Source: Verrucomicrobiota bacterium (GTDB lineage Bacteria; Verrucomicrobiota; Kiritimatiellia; SS1-B-03-39; UBA6053). Taken from it: a stretch of DNA of 54,541 nt. Numbering within the stretch: position 1 is the stretch's first letter; each line of letters starts with the position of its first letter. Below are positions 27,316 to 35,878 of the stretch, in pieces. Location: the NCBI GenBank assembly GCA_046581765.1, contig JAYGFS010000338.1:1-54541 (forward strand), read 5' to 3'. The position numbers and the translations under genes are program-made. The notes below the pieces were generated by a model. It did not search any database and had not been told where the DNA came from. It saw only the letters and a list, made by a program, of their open reading frames with translations.

Positions 27316-28283
27316 GTGACCCGCCGGGCCGGTTGTCCACGTTTATTCATCCAGATGAAAGGTAACCCGAATCCGGCAATGATCAATCCGATTCCGAACT
27401 GGGCAAGCGACAGCGCGGTGGCCGGTTCGGCGGAGATTCCCTGGGTGCCGAGGAGAACCACAAAGGAGAGTTCCCGCACCCCGAGACCCCCGAAACTCAG
27501 GGGGACAGCCGTGATCAGCCAACTGATGGCAGTTATCATGGACAAGCTGAGAAACCCGATGGGCAAGTCGAGGTTCCGGGCGATCAAGTAGACGGCGAGG
27601 AAGGAGACGAGGTGCATGACGAAACAGAGCAGGATGCCCATCGCAACCCGCCCGCGATTGCTGCGATAGTATTCCGTTGCCCCGGTCCAGGTCTCCAGCA
27701 GGCGCACGAGCTGGGCACCCCGTTTTCCGCATCGACCGAGGATTCCCGCCAGGCTCCGGTTAACGGGTCGGTTCAAGCTCAGCCCGGCCCCGAGCAGGGC
27801 GAGGGAAAACATGCCGCCCATGCCGAGCACGAAAGGGACCTTCTGCTCGAGGCCCTCGGCAAAAACCCCGCATATCGTCCCCAGCAGGAGAATCGAGAAC
27901 AGGCCCACCACCCGGTCGACCAACATGCCCACCAGGTTAATCGCCCGATGACTCTCGGCCTCCTTCATGATGTAGACCGAACGAACGAGGTCACCACCGA
28001 GGGCGCCGGGCATGACGAGGTTAAAGGTGTTGCCGATCATGGTATAGCGGAAATAATCGAATACGTGCCATTGACCGGTGGGATCCGGATTCAGCCACAT
28101 CCACCGCATGCTGGACAAGCCATGGCGAAACACGGTGAGCACGATGTAGAGGAGCACACAGGGTACACTCAAGCCCGCGATGTGTGCCGTGGCCGAACGC
28201 AGGTCCACGAAGTGGAAAAGCAGGCCCAGGCAGACCGTGAGCACCGCAATGCGAAAGACCAGGTTAACGGTTTTTTTATTCAT
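27312..28283 (-). CDS. flippase-like membrane protein (LPG-synthase-TM / UPF0104 family)
   Basis: Trimmed to the ATG at 28281..28283 (MNKKTVNLVFRIAVLTVCLGLLFHF...). The ATG at 28334 is an alternative. It has about 8 TM helices. The motif NLVMPGALGGDLVRSVY is typical of the family as I recall it. Confidence 0.75.
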   Translation of the reverse strand: MNKKTVNLVFRIAVLTVCLGLLFHFVDLRSATAHIAGLSVPCVLLYIVLTVFRHGLSSMRWMWLNPDPTGQWHVFDYFRYTMIGNTFNLVMPGALGGDLVRSVYIMKEAESHRAINLVGMLVDRVVGLFSILLLGTICGVFAEGLEQKVPFVLGMGGMFSLALLGAGLSLNRPVNRSLAGILGRCGKRGAQLVRLLETWTGATEYYRSNRGRVAMGILLCFVMHLVSFLAVYLIARNLDLPIGFLSLSMITAISWLITAVPLSFGGLGVRELSFVVLLGTQGISAEPATALSLAQFGIGLIIAGFGLPFIWMNKRGQPARRVT

Positions 28284-28383
28284 GGAATGTCGTGGGCTAC
28301 TGGTTTCCGGATTCGCAGCCGCTCGTCGCAGCATGTGCTGCTTTCGGTTGCCGGGTTTGCCACCTTGCCGGGACCGCCGGAGC

Positions 28384-29322
28384 TCAGGGATTCTTCTGGA
28401 TGAAGATATCCCAGCCACCCACCAGGGAATACCGGCGGCCGAGCAATCTCCACGGCAGCTTGATGCAGTGGGCGACCAGGGAGCGGAAAAAATGTTCACT
28501 GAAAGCGGTTTCCACGATGGAGGGCTGGGAATGCACGATCCGGTGTGGACCGGATGGGCTGATCGTGGAAAAGTACCCCTCCCAGAAACCCTGGCCCATG
28601 TCGTGGATATGCCCGGGAAAAGTGAAGTCAAGCGTGAGCCCGAAGCGTTTCATCAACCTGAGGACCGGGACCACGAAGGGCGTGCGCACGTAGAGGATGC
28701 CCCCCGGGCGGAGAAACGCGAGGAGGCGTTCCGTCTCGGTCTTGGCATCCGGTAAATGCTCAATAATCGCACTGGCGATCACGATGTCAAAGGTGCCTGC
28801 CGCGGATGCAAGGGCATCCAGGCTGGGTTCGTGCCGCATGGTTATGGCTTCGCGGGTACTCTCCACAACGGCATCGTGGTATTCGACAACGGTGACAACG
28901 ACTTCCGGATACCCGGCAGCCACCAGCTGTTCCGCCATGCGCAGGACGATGGTTCCGTCGCCCCCGCCAAAGTCGAGGATGTTCAGGGAACTCGGTGACA
29001 AGGCCCCCTGTATGACACCGGCCAGGTGGCCCGCGAAACGATTCACGTGCTTAAACGTAACCTGCGAGTCCCCGGGACCATCGTTCCCGGAGCGTTCGTA
29101 ATATCCGGTATAATACATTTCCAGCGCCGCGACGGTGGGAATACGCGAAGCCGTGCACACGCCACAGGAACGGCACTTCATCAAGTCGACATCCGGGTCC
29201 GCCTGCAACCGGGTGACCGCTACCCGGTCATCCACGTCGCAAAACAGGCAGTGGGTCTGCACAGCACCCAGCTCGCTTTCACCCAGGTGCTTGCTCGCAT
29301 GAAACGTGGTGGCATTCGGCAT
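28384..29322 (-). CDS. class I SAM-dependent methyltransferase with N-terminal CxxC...CxxC zinc-ribbon
   Basis: The start ATG at 29320..29322 forms a TGATG junction. Zinc-ribbon cysteines are HCLFCDV...KCRSCGVC. SAM motif I is LNILDFGGGDGTIV. Confidence 0.8.
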   Translation of the reverse strand: MPNATTFHASKHLGESELGAVQTHCLFCDVDDRVAVTRLQADPDVDLMKCRSCGVCTASRIPTVAALEMYYTGYYERSGNDGPGDSQVTFKHVNRFAGHLAGVIQGALSPSSLNILDFGGGDGTIVLRMAEQLVAAGYPEVVVTVVEYHDAVVESTREAITMRHEPSLDALASAAGTFDIVIASAIIEHLPDAKTETERLLAFLRPGGILYVRTPFVVPVLRLMKRFGLTLDFTFPGHIHDMGQGFWEGYFSTISPSGPHRIVHSQPSIVETAFSEHFFRSLVAHCIKLPWRLLGRRYSLVGGWDIFIQKNP

Positions 29323-30866
29323 CAGAAGGTCCTCCCGAAGGTCTTCTCCCACAGGCGCGCGGAACGCGTCCCGGAGGTGAAGGTCTCCAGGGTATGGTCC
29401 AGGCCGGGTCGGATTCCCAGGCCTGTTCCGAAAAGATTATTGGCATCGAGCCAGATATTCCCGGCCGCCCGGCGCTGCTCCAGCGCCAGTTCACCAAAAT
29501 ATGGAATGCCGGCCCAGGCCATGGCCGGCCGGTTGACAGCAATGACATCAAGCGGTTCCGCTACATACCCGAAACCCGGATGGGCGAGGATTTGGGCCTG
29601 CGGCCAATGCGCCAGCACCGTGCGATCGGGATAGTCCGCAGCCAGGGTGGAGGCGATCTCCCGGTTGAGGTGAAGATCCTCTTCGTATTCCAGGCTGCGC
29701 TCAAGGATGTAGCCATTGTTCAGTGCCGGTGAGCGGTAAAAGCGCCCGTGGTGGTTCGCACTGAAGAAAACCACGAGCAGTCCCAGGAAAGGGAGGCTTA
29801 TTTTCGCGGGCAAGGGCTTGAGTGCCAGGGCGAGCAGGATGAAGATCGCGGGATAAAGGAACAACAGGTAACGCGGCAACCAGGAAACGATCAGGATCGA
29901 CTCAAGGATCAGGCCGCCGAGTGCGAGGGCCAGTATCAATGGCATCTCATAGGGCAGGAGACAGGCCCGCCAGCTAAGGGGCTTCAGTACATTTTTTCGC
30001 ACCCGCCAGAGGATAAGCCCCACATGCAAAAGAAGCACCCCGAGCACAAGTGCCATGACATCGGGCACCTGGTTAAACATCATGAGGGTCTGCTCGCGGA
30101 GATAGTCCAGGCGGGAGGCCCCGGCGGGAAAGAAGGTGTCGTTCCCGATAGGATTGGTATCCGGCCGAAAGAAAAGCCAGGCCGCGAGACGGGCCCAACC
30201 TGAAAAATAGATGACGGGCACCAGGTACCCGGCCAGCAGGAGCAGGTCGCGACGGGTTTTCAGGTGGAAGAGGACAAAGCCGCCGGCCAGGCAAATCGAC
30301 ATCAGGGCCGGCATGGGTTTGACCGTTACCGCCACGATCATCGTGATAATGGCCCAGGCATGTTTACGCTGCACATACAGCCAAAAGCCAAGCAGGCACA
30401 GGCCGGCCAACATCAGGTCGCTACCCATCATGGATGCCTGGGCGATAAACATCGGCTGCAGGCACATGGCAAGGCTGGTGCCGATGGCGAGCGCGTATCC
30501 AACCCGCTTGTGCAGCAGCCGGACCATCATGCCGGCGAGGGCAGCCGCGAAGAAGAAGTTCAAAACATGCAGGAACACGAAGGTCGACTTCACCGTGGGG
30601 AAGACATGCATCAGCACGGCGTAAAACCCGGGCAGCCAGGAGAAAAAGTAGGTGCGAGGACCACCGGCCAGGTAGCCAAGTTCCTCACGGGCCAGTTTCA
30701 GGTAATTGAAATCGTTCTCGTACAGCCAGATGCCCTCCTGAAACATCCCGAGGATCGAATCCCAATACGGCGGATTCCCCAGGGCGGACATCCGGTAGAA
30801 GAACAGAAAAATCCACATGCCGAAGAACATCATCCATGAAGGTGATCGGAAAAAGTGAGCGTTCAC
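29322..30866 (-). CDS. GT-C-like (ArnT-type) integral membrane glycosyltransferase candidate
   Basis: 514 aa with at least 10 TM helices and a soluble C-terminal domain. It lies 20 nt downstream of an ArnC-like gene. The track start at 30866 is GTG, and the ATG at 30833 is an alternative. Confidence 0.75.
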   Translation of the reverse strand: MNAHFFRSPSWMMFFGMWIFLFFYRMSALGNPPYWDSILGMFQEGIWLYENDFNYLKLAREELGYLAGGPRTYFFSWLPGFYAVLMHVFPTVKSTFVFLHVLNFFFAAALAGMMVRLLHKRVGYALAIGTSLAMCLQPMFIAQASMMGSDLMLAGLCLLGFWLYVQRKHAWAIITMIVAVTVKPMPALMSICLAGGFVLFHLKTRRDLLLLAGYLVPVIYFSGWARLAAWLFFRPDTNPIGNDTFFPAGASRLDYLREQTLMMFNQVPDVMALVLGVLLLHVGLILWRVRKNVLKPLSWRACLLPYEMPLILALALGGLILESILIVSWLPRYLLFLYPAIFILLALALKPLPAKISLPFLGLLVVFFSANHHGRFYRSPALNNGYILERSLEYEEDLHLNREIASTLAADYPDRTVLAHWPQAQILAHPGFGYVAEPLDVIAVNRPAMAWAGIPYFGELALEQRRAAGNIWLDANNLFGTGLGIRPGLDHTLETFTSGTRSARLWEKTFGRTF

Positions 30867-30886
30867 GATGGGCGTGGGAAGAGGAA

Positions 30887-31846
30887 TCAGGTGTCTTCAT
30901 TCGCATCATCATCCGAATCCACAACGTAGGTCGGACGATCCGTCATGCGGAGGTGTATGCGAGCGAGGTATTCGCCGATGATGCCCAGTGACAGGAGCTG
31001 CGCACCGGCGAAAACAGAGATGATAATGGACAGGAAGGCAAAACCCGGGACCGATGTCTCGTAACGGATCTTCAGGTACATGACGTGGGTGAATACGCCG
31101 ATGCCAAAGAGGATCATGCAGAAACCGATGACATTTGCCAGGCGCAGGGGCAAGGTGCTGAAGCCGGTCATCATGTTCAGGGCGTGGGAAATCAATTTGC
31201 GCACGGTGTAGCCGGAAGAACCAAAGGCACGCTCCTCGTGGCGTACCGGTACGGCAGAAAATCTTGTGGTCGACCAGGTCAGCAACACATCGATGGATAC
31301 ATTCGGGCTTTGATAATCCACAAAGGCCCGGCGCAGGCGCGTGCGAAACACCCGGAAGGCCGATGACTGATGGGCCGTCTCCGCCCCCATCACTCCCTGC
31401 AGTGCGAGCTTGGTGATCCGGGACGCCAGGTTGCGGAACAGCGAGTGCTGCTCTTTTTCCGGTGGACCGTAAACGACGTCATGCCCTTCCTCCAGTCGTG
31501 CGATCAACTTGGCCATCTCTTCCGGCGGATGCTGCAGGTCGTCATCCATGGTAACGAGGATCTCGTAACGGGCCTGCCGGATCCCGCACAGCAGGGCATT
31601 GTGCTGGCCGTAATTGCGCAACAGGTTGACGGGCCTGATCCACGTATGCTCCCCGGAGAGCTCATGCATGACCGCCCGACTGTTATCGGGGCTGCCATCG
31701 TTGACCAGGATGCATTCATACGAGTCGGCCAGCGTGGGCAGCACCGTGCCCAGGGCCTCGATCAAGGCGGGCAGGCATTCGTCGCTCCGGTAGACCGGAA
31801 CCACGACCGAGATCCCCGGTTTCAGCTTTGTGTGATTGGAGTCCAT
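30887..31846 (-). CDS. polyprenyl-phosphate aminosugar transferase (GT2, ArnC-like)
   Basis: 319 aa. ISVVVPVYRSDECLPALIEAL...CILVNDGSPDNS...LLRNYGQHNALLCGIRQA...TMDDDLQHPPEE is present, plus two C-terminal TM helices. This is very like my recollection of ArnC/PmrF. Confidence 0.9.
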   Translation of the reverse strand: MDSNHTKLKPGISVVVPVYRSDECLPALIEALGTVLPTLADSYECILVNDGSPDNSRAVMHELSGEHTWIRPVNLLRNYGQHNALLCGIRQARYEILVTMDDDLQHPPEEMAKLIARLEEGHDVVYGPPEKEQHSLFRNLASRITKLALQGVMGAETAHQSSAFRVFRTRLRRAFVDYQSPNVSIDVLLTWSTTRFSAVPVRHEERAFGSSGYTVRKLISHALNMMTGFSTLPLRLANVIGFCMILFGIGVFTHVMYLKIRYETSVPGFAFLSIIISVFAGAQLLSLGIIGEYLARIHLRMTDRPTYVVDSDDDANEDT

Positions 31847-32529
31847 AACCAGAAGCCTTCGGGAACGAGATAGCGTACACCCAGTCGAGCGTAGATGCCC
31901 ATGACCATGGTGTTGGTCGAGCTGTAGCTGGCAGATCCGATGCGGGCGCCCCGTTTTGCGTATTCAACCATGGCCTTGTGATACAGGTGCATCCCGGAAA
32001 TCGTGGCATCTTTGTGCAACATGGCCAAGGTCAAGTTCAGCGATTTTCCATTCATTTGGGAAACGAACCAGCCCTGGGCGACACCGTCCAAACGAACTTC
32101 CATGCACCATTGGGGTTGCTCAGCGATGAGATTGTTGGCCCAGAGCGCGTAGCGGGTATTCACCCGCTCGGGGGTCGCACCGGGCAGAAGCAGGAAGCGT
32201 TCGTGCTGAAACAGGGCCATGTGGGCGGGATTCAACTGGAAGGATTTATCCGAAGCGAACACCACGTCGATCGGATCCAGGCTGGGCGACGGGTCAACCT
32301 GGTGCAGGCCGATCTTGAAGCGCAACTGGATATCGGCATGGGTAAATCCAGCCGTGCTGAGCGCCCAGGCCGGTACGTCGGTATCATACAATTGGCGGTA
32401 TTCAACCCAGGCGTACGCGGCGAGTTGGGCCTCCTGGTCTGCCAGGGGCTGGTCAAAGAAAGCCGCATCGCTGACCAGCCCGGCCGGCTTGCCCCACCAG
32501 GCCGTGTTAAAAGCGTGTTCGTGAATCAT
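31822..32529 (-). CDS. GNAT-fold N-acyltransferase, WecD/RffC-like (NDP-4-amino-4,6-dideoxyhexose acyltransferase candidate)
   Basis: Start at the ATG 32527..32529 (ATGA junction). The N-terminus is MIHEHAFNTAWWGKPAG. The C-terminal GNAT core is EYAKRGARIGSASYSSTNTMVMGIYARLGVRY. Size and layout resemble E. coli WecD as I recall it. Confidence 0.6.
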   Translation of the reverse strand: MIHEHAFNTAWWGKPAGLVSDAAFFDQPLADQEAQLAAYAWVEYRQLYDTDVPAWALSTAGFTHADIQLRFKIGLHQVDPSPSLDPIDVVFASDKSFQLNPAHMALFQHERFLLLPGATPERVNTRYALWANNLIAEQPQWCMEVRLDGVAQGWFVSQMNGKSLNLTLAMLHKDATISGMHLYHKAMVEYAKRGARIGSASYSSTNTMVMGIYARLGVRYLVPEGFWLWTPITQS

Positions 32530-33686
32530 GCCTGTAGCTCCATGCATTCAAACAATTGCAGCAGGTAATCGTACCCGTCCCACACGGGACCAAAATGATG
32601 CATGGCCGATAATGGCACGAAGCGCTTGACCCGCGCACGGGCCATCCGGGCGAGAAAATCATCGCTCGCCGGCACGGCGAGGGCGTAACCGATGGTTTGA
32701 ATATTCCCGGGCAGGCGCGCGAAGGCGCCCTCCGTGGACATCCCGGTGAGCGGAAGAAATAGCGGGGCATCGATGGGGGGGTGATCCCCTACCCCGATGA
32801 CCGCAGCTCCACGGGGGGCCAAGTCCGCCCGCCAGCCCACGCCCGCCGCCCATTGACGGGCCATGACATTACCCGAAGCGACATGCGGCTCCGGCGACTG
32901 CTTGACCACCCGCGGCCAGGCCTCGACCAGGCGCGTGCGAAAAGCCTCGACCGCGGCAGCGTCGGCATCCAAAAGGATCACCCGCGAGGGCGAGGTACAT
33001 CCGGCCTGGCCGTAGACGAGAAAAACATTGATCAGGGATTCCAGCACCGCGTCATCTGCAGCGGCGGGGTCGATCCAGGCCTCGGAACGCTTGTCGGTAA
33101 AGGGCAGCGAGATACTGTGTAGCGGATGCGGCAGGGATTCGACCCCTTCCACGGCTGGTTCTCCACCGAAGACGATGCGCACCTGGGCTTCACCCGCCAT
33201 CTCGGCATTGCGCGGATCGTGGTGATCGAATACCCCGCGGGTGACGAAGGTATCGAGATAGGTCCGCAATACGGACGCCGGGTCGGCTTCTTCGATAAAA
33301 TCGAGCAAGGCCGCACAGAGATCTTCGCTACGCGAGCCGCCTTTGAAGCGAAGTTTATTTCCCGTCAGGCTGAGCAGGATCATCACCAGGGGGCCGAGTA
33401 AACTGACGTTGTTCGGAAGCCATACCGCAACGCTTCCCCGCGGGTAATACATGCGCGGACCCGCCTCAGCGGGTGCGCAGCGTGATCCGAAAACGGACTC
33501 GTACACACCCCAGAGTTGATCCGACGCGAGAAAGGTCATCAGGTAAGCCCATTCATCCCGGTTGAAAGCCTCCGGAACCTGGCGGGCCATCTTCCCGCGC
33601 AGGCCATCCCAGGCCGCGATAAGGGCCTCGGGATCATAGGGCAGGCTGACGCGGCCACGGGTAAAAGCGAGCAGGTGATCAGACAT
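32526..33686 (-). CDS. LuxC-like acyl-CoA/acyl-ACP reductase family protein
   Basis: Start at the ATG 33684..33686, an 8-nt overlap with the upstream stop. VWLPNNVSLLGPLVMILLSLTGNKLRFKGGSR resembles the LuxC LPGNVP segment. The candidate catalytic Cys lies in YGQAGCTSPSRVILL. Confidence 0.7.
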   Translation of the reverse strand: MSDHLLAFTRGRVSLPYDPEALIAAWDGLRGKMARQVPEAFNRDEWAYLMTFLASDQLWGVYESVFGSRCAPAEAGPRMYYPRGSVAVWLPNNVSLLGPLVMILLSLTGNKLRFKGGSRSEDLCAALLDFIEEADPASVLRTYLDTFVTRGVFDHHDPRNAEMAGEAQVRIVFGGEPAVEGVESLPHPLHSISLPFTDKRSEAWIDPAAADDAVLESLINVFLVYGQAGCTSPSRVILLDADAAAVEAFRTRLVEAWPRVVKQSPEPHVASGNVMARQWAAGVGWRADLAPRGAAVIGVGDHPPIDAPLFLPLTGMSTEGAFARLPGNIQTIGYALAVPASDDFLARMARARVKRFVPLSAMHHFGPVWDGYDYLLQLFECMELQA

Positions 33687-34725
33687 TGGCGCAGCCCCGT
33701 ACTTCGCTTTTAGGTATCCGTCCCATGAGCTCAAAAACCGTGCCGGACCGGCCACACGAGCAAGCACCGGGAACCAGGCGGCCCAGGTCCTCGGTCAGGA
33801 CATTGTGATACGGTGCACCCCAGGAAATGGTATTCATCAATTGCAGTTGGCCGACATCCTCCTCCAGGCATGCACCCGACACGGGATCACGCACGAGGAC
33901 ATCCGCCCAGGCGGGCGCCGTGCGGTACCCGCAGGGACAGAGGGGAAAGATCATGCCAACCTGTTCAACCAGCCCGTAGAAATCCATGACCTGCGAGGCG
34001 GGATCGAGATCCTCTTTCAGTTTGGCATCAAAGGTTGCGGGACTCACTTTTTGCGCCTCAAGCTTTTTCCATCCACCGCTGTGCACGAAGGTAATCCGTT
34101 TGCCTGCAAGTGCCTTTACAACGTCGTCCGGGAAGGCCTGCTCGACCCAGGCGAGCCAGAGCATCCAGGTGAATCCATAGACCATGAACGCATCGTGCCC
34201 GTCAATCGCCTCGAGCAGCTCCGGCCATTTCAAGCTGGCGGGATCGTTGCTGTCTTCGAGGAGGAAATACAACTGGCTCGCCAGGGGCTTGAGGCTCATG
34301 GCCGCCGCGATGCGGGCAGATATCTGGCGGCCACCGCGGAGTGCGCTGGCGCTGTCGAGGATACACAGGGGTTGCTGTTCATCGCCGATAAAATCCTTGA
34401 GCACGGCCAGGGAGCTCTGCGACTGGTATTCACTGCTGCGCGTATCGAGGGCGATCCTGCTCGACACACCGCTGGAGGTCGCAGAAGACAACAGCGTCCG
34501 CACGTGCTTGCTCCCATCGACGGCCGTGCGCAAATCCAGGTGCTTAAACACCTCGACATGCAACCAGGGCAGATCTTCCAGGCATTCGGCCGTGCCCGTA
34601 TCCGGCCAGATGCGCTTATACGCTTCGCAACCGTTCAAATGGTGTGCGCTCAAGGCATTCATCTCCGCGAGGAAAGCGGCATCATCGCGCTTCGCGTAGG
34701 GGGGCTGTTCCACGAATTGGCTCAT
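33679..34725 (-). CDS. LuxE-like acyl-protein synthetase (adenylate-forming)
   Basis: Start at the ATG 34723..34725 (ATGA junction). LPWLHVEVFKHLDL...LLSSATSSGVSSRI occupies the position of the LuxE SSGTTG motif. The C-terminus is GRIPKSEVRGCANV. Confidence 0.75.
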   Translation of the reverse strand: MSQFVEQPPYAKRDDAAFLAEMNALSAHHLNGCEAYKRIWPDTGTAECLEDLPWLHVEVFKHLDLRTAVDGSKHVRTLLSSATSSGVSSRIALDTRSSEYQSQSSLAVLKDFIGDEQQPLCILDSASALRGGRQISARIAAAMSLKPLASQLYFLLEDSNDPASLKWPELLEAIDGHDAFMVYGFTWMLWLAWVEQAFPDDVVKALAGKRITFVHSGGWKKLEAQKVSPATFDAKLKEDLDPASQVMDFYGLVEQVGMIFPLCPCGYRTAPAWADVLVRDPVSGACLEEDVGQLQLMNTISWGAPYHNVLTEDLGRLVPGACSCGRSGTVFELMGRIPKSEVRGCANV

Positions 34726-35630
34726 GCAAAAGAGGTGTTTAAAAAATAGTCGACATGACCGCGGCGTACCAGCACCCCATTGGTGCGGGTGCAAGGGTCC
34801 CTGAGGATGGTCTTCCAGTGCTCGCCGAGGAGACGGCGTACCGGCTCGAAGCGTTCCGGGTCAAACAACGCACGGGCACAGCCCTCAATGGCGGATTCAT
34901 CCACCTCGAACCGGGATACCAGCTCCGTCCATTTCTCCGCGTGCTCCCGGTTGAAGCGGAGGACCGGCCAGAGCAGGATGGCACAGAGGGCGGCGTGGCC
35001 GAATTGTTTCGAATCGTTCAACAGGTGCTCCAGCGAATGGGCGATGCCGTGGATCAAGCCCACGCTGCAGCGCGACTGGGCCGTACAGGCACGGGCGCTG
35101 AAACCAAACCAGGCGGAATCGGCCTGCAAGGGCTGGTCCAGCATCTCACTCACCAGGACGGCAATCTCCCCGCGCAGGCCATCCTCCGCCAGCGGGGACA
35201 TAAAGGCTTCCAGGGCATGGCTCCAGACATCGCCACAGGCATCCCTGGCTTGTGACACGGGAACCGTCGCCAGGAGTTCAGGCCAATAAACCCGGGCATG
35301 GGGCATGTAGCGATCATCCATCTCGATTTGTTTGCCCCTTGGCGTATTCAGCACGACAATCGGCGAAACCTCGGCTCCGCTTCCATAGATGGTCGGAACA
35401 CAAACCAGTTCAAACCCGCCGGGCCCCTGCTTCACCTTCCACTGGTCCATCAAGGCCCCGCCGCCGGCCACAACGAGTGTCTGCCCGGCTGCCGGGAGTC
35501 CATCGAGCCCGGGTATATTCAACTCCGCGAGGACCCGGTCCCGGCAGCTCGGGGTCACGCAGAGCCGGGTATCTTCGCGCCGGAGCCGTTTGAGCTGGTC
35601 CAGGCTCCAGACCGGAACCTCAGTCGGCAA
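34722..35630 (-). CDS. iron-containing alcohol dehydrogenase family protein (short form)
   Basis: VVAGGGALMDQWK (GGGS-type NAD motif), VCVPTIYGSGAEVS, and metal-site histidines in GLIHGIAHSLEH. The track ATG at 35783 would overlap the ACP gene by 163 nt. I therefore propose the TTG at 35628..35630, preceded by GGGGA 6 nt upstream. The exact start is uncertain. Confidence 0.7.
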   Translation of the reverse strand: MPTEVPVWSLDQLKRLRREDTRLCVTPSCRDRVLAELNIPGLDGLPAAGQTLVVAGGGALMDQWKVKQGPGGFELVCVPTIYGSGAEVSPIVVLNTPRGKQIEMDDRYMPHARVYWPELLATVPVSQARDACGDVWSHALEAFMSPLAEDGLRGEIAVLVSEMLDQPLQADSAWFGFSARACTAQSRCSVGLIHGIAHSLEHLLNDSKQFGHAALCAILLWPVLRFNREHAEKWTELVSRFEVDESAIEGCARALFDPERFEPVRRLLGEHWKTILRDPCTRTNGVLVRRGHVDYFLNTSFA

Positions 35631-35865
35631 AGGAGATCCCCTTGTTTTCGAGCAGGTCGATGATGTCCTGGACCCGGGCCACGCCGGTGGCCTCCTCCGG
35701 GGTGAAATGATAGCCAAAGGTCTCCTTGACCCCCACGGCCACCGAGACCACGGCGAGGGAGTCCCAGGTTTCCACGTCCTCACGGGTCAGGTCGAAACTG
35801 AATTCCTCCGGTTCAAGGAGGAAGATATCCAGCAGTAAATCACTTAGTTTTTCGCGGTTCGTCAT
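35620..35865 (-). CDS. acyl carrier protein
   Basis: 81 aa from the ATG at 35863..35865 (MTNREKLSDLLLDIF...). The phosphopantetheine attachment motif is ETWDSLAVVS. It is acidic and of helical-bundle size. Confidence 0.85.
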   Translation of the reverse strand: MTNREKLSDLLLDIFLLEPEEFSFDLTREDVETWDSLAVVSVAVGVKETFGYHFTPEEATGVARVQDIIDLLENKGISFAD

Positions 35866-35878
35866 AGGGCAGGTACCT

